Part shown: positions 12,101 through 22,400 of the stretch, piece after piece
Numbering within the stretch: the first letter of the stretch is position 1
How the letters are laid out: the number at the start of each line of letters is the position of its first letter
Assembly (NCBI RefSeq): GCF_021869535.1
Contig: NW_026262701.1
Span: 18,414,001-18,478,000 of the forward strand
Direction of reading: 5' to 3'
Origin: Mytilus californianus
Lineage: Eukaryota
DNA length: 64,000 bases
The notes under the pieces: model-generated
What the model was told of the DNA's origin: nothing
Seen by the model: only the letters and a program-made list of their open reading frames with translations
Database searches by the model: none
Made by a program: the position numbers and the translations under genes

Positions 12101-13552
12101 AAAAATGTATCTGATCCTTGATTTGTATTAATTTCAATGGCAGACAAGGAAAATTTACAAAAAGAAACAGTGTTTTACAAGCAATTGGAAAGGAATATTA
12201 CCATACATCTGAGACGAATATAACCTCAGTGGTCATGTATCAGACCAAAACATTTCTACAACGAAGTTTGAAACTATAACATTCCAACAAAGCAAAACAG
12301 CCATAAGAGTTTGACACACATGCGTTAATGAAATCCAAGTTGTGAAAACGAAGCTTTTGATTAGGTGATCCTGGCTTGAGACTGGTACCCCCGGTGTATT
12401 TGTATATTCCGAAGGCATACTGAATATTTTACGAAGGGAACCAACCTTTCCAGGTCAAACTTCAGCTTTGCGTCAGACGAAAAGCGAGTTAGGATCCCAG
12501 GCTTCAGAAAAACATAACTGTTTTAAGCTGGTTTTCAGCAGATTATTGTTCATTTGAGCATATTCCAGTTACATATGTATGTAAACATACAAGTTTCTAT
12601 GAACTACACTCCCGATCATAAGAATCAAGGGATTTTAAAAATAATAATTTTCAAGCGCATTCTCCATGTGGGCTAACGAGATTACATAATTATGAGCCCA
12701 CATCAAAAAGCACTTGCATATGGCGAGTGGGCGACCACTAATTTCAAACCCTGCCCTAGAAAAAAACTGTCACTATACAATTACATTTGGTTGTCTGTCT
12801 TTTTTACCATGTTAAATTAACATTGGTTCAATCGATAAGTAGATGACATCTTAGTAGTCTGAAATATGCATGAATATTGCTGATACATTATAGCGAGTCT
12901 GCAATACTAATTGTTTCTTTTGGATAGGCCCCAGGAAGACCCTACAGAGAGCGAACACATATTTGGCCACTGAATAAATCGGTTTTTGCTCTAGCGTCTA
13001 AATTCATAAATGCTGAAATGCTAAGATGAAAAGCCAAAAACCCCGTATATCTAAGTCTTCTCGCACATCTTGAGCAAGAAGTTGAGGTGAGCACGCTACC
13101 GATGTTGTTCAAATTTCCTAAATTGACAAATTACTGCTTGCAAATTCAAGTGGTTTGCAATGTTAAAGAAAACGATTTTCTACAACAGAGTTAATCTTGA
13201 TCAAGAACATTTAAAAGGAAATGATGAAACAACTTCAGCGAAAATATCCAACACAAAATGGGGGTTCCATGCGCTCAAGCGTCTGTACTGTGGTTTAGTC
13301 TCAAGTCTATCGTCTTGGATATATATATAAAAGAAAAACAATAGGCATACACTTTATACGACATGAATAACATTTCAATATATGTTTAACTGCCTTGCTG
13401 TAATACATGTCTTTAAAGGGACTGTCACTACTTAACAAGAATTCACGATGAAAACAAATTAGCCGCCATAACAAAAAAATCATGCCGGTAGTAAATTTTT
13501 AAAGTGTGTTAGAAGTTATTGAAATATGCAAAACCAGAAATACCTGTGTCAT
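6153..13552 (-). CDS. SNRPB: Small nuclear ribonucleoprotein SmB/B' (~176 aa). Exons 13552-13544 (tentative), 10369-10106, 8676-8508, 7944-7873, 6169-6153
   Basis: Sm domain [49 protein letters not shown]...[18 protein letters not shown], then a Gly/Pro/Arg tail ending GGPRY*. All junctions are GT-AG with matching phases. The start exon is uncertain (alternative ATG|GT at 12810-12808). Confidence 0.93.
6990..7491 (-). mobile_element. HINE-like family C copy (about 3 x 161 bp) in SNRPB intron 4
   Basis: cata(a)catttggttgaggc at 7071, 7232 and 7393; 5' terminus at ~7460-7491. Confidence 0.65.
9270..9648 (+). repeat. Unclassified interspersed repeat (SINE-like or retroelement-derived)
   Basis: Blocks gcttgctgttcggtgtgagccaaggctc and gagttgtctcattggc...cacatctt recur at 46968-47098, 3280-3400 and 24150-24228, and in reverse at 27310-27482 and 22960-23170. 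Confidence 0.6.
11354..12753. mobile_element. Non-autonomous TIR DNA transposon in SNRPB intron 1
   Basis: TIR CAGGGTTTGAA / TTCAAACCCTG. Flanks acctag and ccctag look like a target duplication. Confidence 0.6.
11620..11839. mobile_element. MITE nested in the 11354-12753 element
   Basis: TIR CAG(A/G)GGTCGACTTAA, 5-bp TSD AAATG (11615-11619 and 11840-11844), internal ggcca/ggccag repeats. Confidence 0.75.
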
Positions 13553-13559
13553 TTTGATG

Positions 13560-13700
13560 ATTTGTTGTTGTACGATTAAAAACTGGTAGTTATCATTATA
13601 ATAAAATAATTTAGACGTCGATTAATTTAGATTAATGTAAGACGCCAGGCAAAAATATTCAAGACGGAAGTCGTCAGTATAGCGTTATCGCGCCACCTAT
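13560..13700 (-). promoter_or_regulatory. Probable SNRPB 5' UTR and core promoter
   Basis: CpG-richer patch with ETS-like CGGAAG just upstream of caaaATGACACAG|GTATTT. Confidence 0.35.
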
Positions 13701-14863
13701 GCCGGAAATTGTGCAGGTTTCCTTTCCTAGCCTGGGATCCTGGCTCATGGCTTACAGTGATGCGAAAAGGCTGGGCCAGGATGCCATGATATTCTGTTAT
13801 AATCTAAATTCCAAGTATATGTCCCCATTCAAATTCATTGATCGTCAAAAAAAAGGGGGGGGGGGGGGGGGGGTTCCGGACCCCCCTCCCCTGAATCCGC
13901 CACTGACTGTGTACAAAACGACCACGTTCAGTACGAAACGACCTGCACCCCAGCGGAATATAACAACTGAAGATTGGAATCATGATTCGGTTTAACCATT
14001 ATGTTAATAATAAATATTGACAGGTTTAAAAAAGAAAACAAAGGAACATTTAAACTCATCAGTCGAAAATAAAGTGACATGATTGTCACGCCATGACAAA
14101 AAAGGAAAAGACCAAAAGACAAACAACTATAATAGCATGAATAGTATACAAGTACTCAGTTATGATCAGTCCTTGCAAAATCAAAATGCAAACATACAGG
14201 AATCTTCTAAACCCAGTTTCTTTCGTCAAGTCTACGAAATGGGTCAGAGACCATCATATGTTGATTCACTAAACAATGTCAATGATAGAGCAGCAATATG
14301 CAAAATATGCATAAGTGCACATTCTTTAAGTGATTGAAAGGGGAAGACATCTTAACATTCCTAGAGAGGAAAGATACTGTCCTGTCTGTAAAAATATGGG
14401 AAATTGAGGATGAATAACATTTCTTATTACAATGCAATAGATTTACCTCAAAACGAGAAATATTAGAAAATAAAATAAATGTTATATTTAAAATACAGCG
14501 TAACATTACCACTTATGAAAAAAATATCTCTATTGATTAACAATAGCTCAGCATTATTACTTAGACTGTCTTCCTCTTTCATATCAGAGTGTCTAAATAT
14601 AAGAAATAGTGAACTAATATGAAACATCAATATGTAACTTTTCATTCTATCATGATATGTTATCTTATAACTTTTCATTCTACCATGTCAATTAATATAA
14701 TTATATGTATGTAATAGGTCTTAACCATTTATTGTTATTGAGTTTGTGCCAATAAAAATATTTGTATTTGTACAAAACACAACATAGAAACCTAAGACTG
14801 GGCAACACGAACCCCACCAAAGACCGAAGGGGTTGATCGAAACATAAAATTATGTCCACCATG

Positions 14864-14977
14864 AAATATTGTCCGGAACAATATTTCACTGTTAATTTCT
14901 GCCCATGACAATATTTCACTGTGAATTTCAGTCCATGACAATATTTCACAGTGAATTACTGCCCATGGCAATATTGC
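14864..14977. repeat. ~31-bp tandem repeat, probably subterminal repeats of a TIR insertion spanning ~14840-15607
   Basis: catgacaatatttcactgtgaatttc repeated 3-4 times; inverted gacaatatttcatg / catgaaatattgtc motifs at 15410-15590. Confidence 0.5.
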
Positions 14978-15715
14978 CTAATCAAGCTATTCTTCCCTGG
15001 GGAATCCACACGCCATGAAATTGTGAGTGTGTTTCTGAAATCTTTGGAATATTGTGCTTGAAAAGTCAGTTTGTGTATAACAGTGAAACGCTGCATCAAA
15101 TAATTCTTCTCTATGGTACGCAAGCATGAATCATGCCCATTTTATGTATATTCATAATTGATAAGAAATAAATATTTAACTTTAGTAAACAAACATATAT
15201 TTTATCATAAGCTAATTCCAAATTTGCATTCATTAATGATTAAAGATAAATATGTTAAGTGTACCATATTATACTGTTTAAATATAAGTAAAAATTAAAG
15301 TACTGACAATCACTTATAATATAGGTTTGTTATTATCAATAAAATAAAACACTTTGATAATGTCATTGTCCAAGTTATTAATTTTTATATTAAACCTCCC
15401 TATTTATAAGACAATATTTCATGACATTCCATCCATGAAATATTGTTTTAATATAAAAAAATGTAACGCTGGATAACCTCCCTTAAACATATGAAATTTG
15501 TCCTTCTCTGGACATTTTTTCATAGATGAGGATACAATGTCATGATACATAATCATGAAATATTGTCTTGAGGGACAATATTTTATAGGACAATACTTTG
15601 CTTTACATGATCTCTAGTGCTCCGGAAGGTTAAACAGATCCTGTTCCACATGTGGCATCCGTAGTGTTGCTCACGTAAGTACAAGCCCAGTGATAACTTT
15701 AAAATTTTCAAAAGG

Positions 15716-15912
15716 ATGATTTCAAATTAACCATGCACTTGGAACTCTTGGTTTAATAGCTTCCTTTTGAGCAGTGCTCTTGAAACCTCTATCAAGGAAA
15801 TCATGATAGGAAACGCAAGCCCTAACATATAGAATCAACTGGGAGATATATACTCTCCATATGCAGGAGCTGGTGCAATGTTGCTACATAGAAATGGAAA
15901 GTTCACAAATGG
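15716..15912 (-). pseudogene. Penelope-like retroelement RT C-terminal remnant
   Basis: Reads PFVNFPFLCSNIAPAPAYG, then after a frameshift YISQLILYVRACVSYHDFLDRG, a motif typical of Penelope-like elements. The adjacent repeat block (14770-14839 plus 15608-15680) recurs at 46690-46850. Confidence 0.6.
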
Positions 15913-17457
15913 GGGAACTAGCACAGGTGAACTCATGCAAGAGGTTTAGACTTGAAGCCGTCAATATTGAAGTTCTGCAACACCTGTCTGAAACAGTGGT
16001 TTCCAAACATAAGTTGTACAGAAGACGAAGTTTTGAAAGGAGTAGTGGATAAAGCTTCATGCGAACGAATGTGATGAATACACAATTGCTTTTGTATAAA
16101 TGATAGGTCATTAATAGAGACATCATGGAGAGTAGGTGATCGATGTATAATGTCGATGACGGAGACTTACCATGACTGCGTCTACGTCGAGGAGTCACTG
16201 AGAGTTGAAAATGTTCATCGCATTTACCGAGCTACAGGAAGGACTAAATATAATATTTATATACCATCAGTTTTGTCATTGCAATCATAATAAAGTTGAA
16301 AAAAGTTTTTACACATGGAAAATTTTCAGATGAAGTATGCAAAACGTCAAATTGCTGGTGCAAAGCAATTTTAAAAAGTTTTAATGATTTGCATTGTTGA
16401 TTGTGTACACCTTTGAAAACCAAAATCATTTGTTTCAGTGAAGATATGGAAGAACTTATAGAAATTTCAGAAAAAATATTTGCAACTTATAATTTATTGT
16501 TATGGTTCATAATTATCCTAAAAAAAGAGTCCATCAGGCACAAGAGCAATGATATCTGTGTTGATATCTAGACATGCCGAGTCTTCAACAATAAAGGTGG
16601 CTCTGGATAGGGATCTTCAATTGTGCACATTCTTTATTTTTGGGGTAATTTTCTCTATTCTTTTTTCCCCATTATTCCATATTTTTTATATTATAGCACC
16701 TCGTTTTTTTCTATTCTTAAATTTTTGGCCCTTTTTCTCTGCTCTGTAACCCCCCACCATAAGCAAGCCATCACATATAATAGACGCATGTTCTTTTTTG
16801 ACTTGGCCCGATTTGGTGGTGTCACATCTTACAAAGTCTCCATTCTATATAAATCTTAATAATTAATGAAAAACAACTCAAAACAATCCAAAATGGAATT
16901 TTCCATACTAGAAGGAAACATTTTTTTTAATTGGAAACAACCGGGCAATGTCACAGTCAGATAAATTCGTCCATATCTGAATTATATTGAAAATGTAAAA
17001 CTGAAGACAACCTGGTAAACTATAGGTAAATTCCATTCAAAATGATTGATTTTCGTCGAAATCAAATATTATGTCACTACAATAGACTTTAATTTTTGAC
17101 GGAGCACAATTCTTCTTGTAAAATACAGTCAGGTTCAATATTTGAACAGCGCGATATCCGTATATCTTTGAATGGAAGATTTAACATAATGCTTAAAGAT
17201 CAATATATGAAAATGGAATTGCCTCTTTTTTATTTTTTTTAACCTTTTCGAAGTAATTCAACCTGATTTATACAATCTGAAAATTTCTCCAAACTACAGT
17301 ATAGAAATAATTTTACACTACGAAATATACAGATGTGAGTGTTGAAAATTTCACTAAAATCTGGCAGACAGTTAAATAAACATTCGCCCCTCCCCAAAAT
17401 AGTACCAGCCTAAAAAGATAAAAAAAAAAGTGGCGAGTATAAACCCTTTGATTTCAC

Positions 17458-17493
17458 CATGGAAGTAATATTGAGTTCAATATTACTTCCATG
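17458..17493. repeat. Perfect 17-bp inverted repeat with 2-nt loop
   Basis: CATGGAAGTAATATTGA-gt-TCAATATTACTTCCATG. Confidence 0.9.
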
Positions 17494-18779
17494 ATTTTAC
17501 TAAGTCGTCATTTTATAAGATTTTTTTACGTTAACTTTTGTATTTTTGGTATATGATGGACGAACTGCATGACTTCCGGTTGTAATTGACTTGCCGAGAG
17601 ACTTATATCAGTACTTATACATTATACGTTGCAGATTGTGGAAGAATTGTTTTCAACGATTTTATATATATTTATGGAAATTCTTTATTTGACTATAGCT
17701 AGGCATAGTGTCCTCGAGCTATCAGGTGCGCGTGATTACCTGAACACTGAAGATAGAATCAAAGTGAACTTTGTATTGTTCGAATGCTGGTAATATTGTT
17801 TGTAAATGGTACAGTTGTATATCTCCGGGATCCCATAGTATTTTCTACGCCATATAAACATTAATCATAATATGCAAGTACCACCTGATGAAATCCCGAA
17901 GGTTTTGGTTTTAAAAATTTAACAAGTGGATTTTGTATGTTTTTGTTCTGACAATCTAATTAAAATATAGATCTCTAATTTCGTTATGCTCAGTTTAATA
18001 TATGAGCTTCGACGCGAGTTACGATAGATCTGGCTTCCGTTTCCAAAAACAATCGTTGTCTATTTTTTTCATTTGATTTCGGCCTGAATATGCATGATAA
18101 ATAAAGGATAAAACATGTCAATATATTTCAAAAATAAAATTGTAAAAAAATGGATAAAGATCTAGGTTCAATAATTAATGACAAGCAAAAGGGGACCGTT
18201 TTACAAAACTGTTCAGCTCGCGCCACCTTTCAGTCAAATAATGGAAAATCCATTATAATAACCTGAAAAACCTTTTGCCTCTTTATCTCATTTTTTGCAG
18301 ATAAGATCACAAAAGGAAATTCGTTAACCGCCCAACCCCCCTCAACCACATGCGCTTTTGGCTTCGACCCCTAGATTCTCTTTGTTTTTATAAGGACTTT
18401 TTTTTTAAAAATCTTTCTAACTTGACTTATCCTATTTTCCCTACCTACATTTTGTATTGCATTTGTCCATACAATCTTACGATAATTGTAGCCGTTTATA
18501 CGTGCTGTCACCTAACTCTGATTTTCCACTACCGTTATAATGGGATGGTATACATAGACAAGAGTGAGAAAAGGAAATAAAGTTGAAACATTATTATAAA
18601 AGAAAATTAACTAAAATATCTTAAACACAAAATATACCCCCATGCACCCTTTTTCCCGTTACACATGTTGCAAACTATTCATGATATATATATTACTTTC
18701 GAAATAAAAACGGTATAATATATGAGGTACGAAGTTTATATCGTATAATCTTAGTTCAATAGTCAATCTCTGGAATGTC

Positions 18780-18888
18780 AGAGTTTCACAAAAAAATCTC
18801 ACGACTTAAATTGATCGTAAGTCTTACACAATTCAGTATAGGCACTACTTACGATAAATTTTAGTCGTCAGATTTTTTGTGTGGCTCT
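18780..18888. mobile_element. Small fold-back MITE
   Basis: ~43-bp imperfect arms agagtttcacaaaaaaatctcacgacttaaattgatcgtaagt / acttacgataaattttagtcgtcagattttttgtgtggctct. Confidence 0.55.
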
Positions 18889-19499
18889 TGATTTATAATG
18901 CCACAATATTATATTAGTACCTATTGACCTCGAGCTCAGTGTAATAAGTACTCATTCATGTCGACATACTTTACCTTTACATTAATTCATATTAATTTTC
19001 AATAAATGCTTCGTAGTAATCTGTATGATAATGATATATATTTTTGGCTTTCAAAACTTTTGGTCACGATCGAGATCGAGCGGTTCATAGATGAAGAAGT
19101 TATTCCAGAAATAAGTATCATAAGCAAACAATCGATATGACCCGTGTACTATATTTTGAAGCTGTCCAACCCATGGTTCACTAATAACGTTCACTTCACT
19201 GAATCATTTTATATGCGGTCGGCTAAAATAAACATCATATATCTTTTGGAAAATATAATTTATTTAATAAAAAAAAAATCCTGGTCTTTGCACTGGAAGA
19301 AAAAAAACTAATAAAAACAAAGATCAAAAATCATTAATCAATAATGTTGTAAATAAATTACACATTGTTAGTTATTGCCATTGATCAGTTGCATTAAAAT
19401 TCCAATAAAAACAGGTGCCTGAATGACGTCGTCTTGACAACTAATGCAACAATCGATAGATGGCGCTGAAACAATTTGTTGCTGAAACTTGAAGGAAAC

Positions 19500-22400
19500 A
19501 TGGCTGAAAGTCTAAGAACGTCAGGAGTTAGGCAACGTTTAATTCAACCAGAAGCTGAAGATCCTGAGTGGGATCCATCGTTACCTTACGGAGGAAAAGT
19601 TTATTTAGCTAGAAAAAAGAAGCCGGACCCACTCCATGTCAGAATTATTGAGGTATTTACATTGTGTCAATAATAGTGTATTGTTTACTTATTTCTGACA
19701 ACTTTCCTTAAATCCACAACACCAACGCTCCATCTTTATTTTTCATTTTTTTTACCATTTTTATTATTGTAACACACATAGTAATATGTACACCTCGATC
19801 ATCATCCGATCCTGCACCACTGCCCTGCACTAACAGTCGGAACACTGAAACTTTTTAAAAGATCAAATTCAAAGATCACTATAGTCTTGCGTTAAAACTT
19901 AAATCTTGTTCAAGTTTAGGAAGGGATTGGTCATTTTCTGACAAAATGCAATCTGATTACTCACAAAACGGTTTCGGAAAAGGATTTTTTGTATCCACGT
20001 ATTTTTATCTTGGTTGTACATGTTTATCAAGCCATGTAATCAGCATTCCAATAGAGAACCAACTGTGCCATTTCTCTCGCCTATACCTGTACCTTTATTT
20101 GTATGAGTAGAGGCAGATTTTCACATGGGAGGTTTGAGAATAAAATGAAAAGCATATTTTACGCTCCGCAATAAAGATGTTGTAATTTTCCGGAAGCCTC
20201 TTAAGTTGATGGCATCTTTCTCATTGAATTTGAAAATAAAGGAACTCTAAAAGTTACCACATATATATACAGTTATTCGAATAACTGGTTTTTGTTTTAT
20301 TTCTCCAAATATTTAGATCTATTTGACAACATGCAGTCCATGCTGACTATTCATTTTTTAAGAAGTGGATGTCTGTAACATGTTTTAATTACTCATTTTC
20401 AAAAGTTGACTTTTTGTGGACGTCGCATGGCGGATCATGGCGACGTTTCCTTTGTCACAGAGTTTACTTGTGAAAACTTCATCAGATCTGCTGATATATA
20501 CTGTGAACGTGTTGTGTATATATAAATATATTGAGCTATTTTGAAAGACGTGCATAATGTCAAATCATAAAAATACAAATAGTAAAATTTGGATACTGTA
20601 ACATTAACGTGATAAAGGTCTGTTTCATTCCTTGACTGACGCACAACAATCGACAGTTAGTGTCTTTTATGAACTAACAAGACATACATGTAATCTCGTT
20701 CTTCTTACACGATTCCAATTGTTTTTACTTTTCCATATAATGTAGCAACTTTCCAGCAGCCCCTGATATTTCAGAGCATACGTTTTCCTATGGGAATTTC
20801 CTTGATAGAAAGTTGATGATCTCAACCAAGGTGCTTAACGATATCAGTATAGTTGAAGTATTTTCTTCGAAAGTTTTACTGATGGGCGCCATCATTACTT
20901 CGTTGACCGATACGAAAAATATGTGTCAAAGGTGACATTTTCAACTTGTTTTTTTTTCCTTAGTAGCAATCCTTAGCACCAAGTTTTCCCTTGTTATGAG
21001 ATGTATACCAAGCCATTATATATATATAAGAGCGAGAACTCTTTATCCTCCCGGAGTTCAACCCGATTATTTTACGGGTTTCGTGTTTGTTCCATCTTCA
21101 GTTTTGTGGACCTGTTTCAAAAAAAAATATGTTTGCCTTTTGTTTCATGGTGTTGACGGTCTGTCTACTTATGACTTTAATCCCATTTGAATCTTGTTTT
21201 GGTTTCCTTTAAACATTGTTTTGGTCCCCTCGGAATCTTGTTTGTGGTTCCTTTTGAAAGTTGTTTTGGTTTGTTGGAACTTTGTTTTTCCCCATTGGAA
21301 TCATTTTACTTTTTCAAGAGTTTTCATTTAATTCAAAAGCCATAAGAGAATAATGCATTTTTTTAAAAGTCAAGGTTAAGAGTGTCGTTAAATGATTGTG
21401 CATTGACGATCGTGCGATAAAAGTAGGATTTCACAATGAACGGAACATTCTTTTTTTCTCTTTAAGGAATGACTGTAATATTTTTTCTGTCTATGAAGAA
21501 ATAACATCAAAAATGTGGTGCACACTAAATAACCCGCGTAGCGTGTTATTTTAAAGTGTGCACCACATTTTTTATGTTATTTCGAATAGACAGAAAAAAA
21601 TATTACAGTCATTTCTTATAATTTAATTCTAAATTTCATTTTAAACCGGAGTAAACCATAAAACAACGTTGATGACGTCACGGTCACATGACAAAATTAT
21701 GTCTATGAACTGATAAACAAAACAACGTCAGCCAATCAGAAGACGCGTTACATCCAAAATTAAATTATTAAAGTATAGCGTATTTTTACATATATTTGCA
21801 CAAAACACGAAGGACATGTTCCGCTTCTGTAAAAAAAGATGATGCTATATGTGGCCAAAAGAAAAAAAAAAAACATGTCTTGTTCTCTATGTTTTAAAGT
21901 GGACATTTCTATTTTCTTACAGGCAATGGTTGTGATTGGGACTTTAATTTTTGCACTTTATGCATACTACTATTTCGATCACCTGCATTTCCACGTCACT
22001 TATGCATATGGATGGCTAGGTTATCCACAAGCTCAACATCAAGTCGGACAACGATATCTTCATGGTATGAACCAATTTCTTGTATTTAATTGATATGGAT
22101 AACAGGAGATTTTGTTTATACATCGATGAGATTGCAACACAATGAGACAAACAAAATACATCTCTTACAACAATCGTCAACAATACAGACTGTTGTTAGC
22201 TATAAATTTATAAAAGATATGAATACATTTAAATATAGATCCCAACAAAGATCTGTCTTCAACGCCAATTTCTCCAAATAAGAAAAGAATTATTAGATAT
22301 ATAAGACAAAACTGACGAGGTTTACACTTAGGATCGACACATGAATATATCAGGGGGTTAAAAAGGTATGGTTTGTTTTATTTAAATCCTTTTAGTCATG

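Noticed and set aside
15930-16240. Coding-looking block next to the Penelope remnant
   Set aside because: No frame gives a recognisable motif; cannot be assigned without a search.
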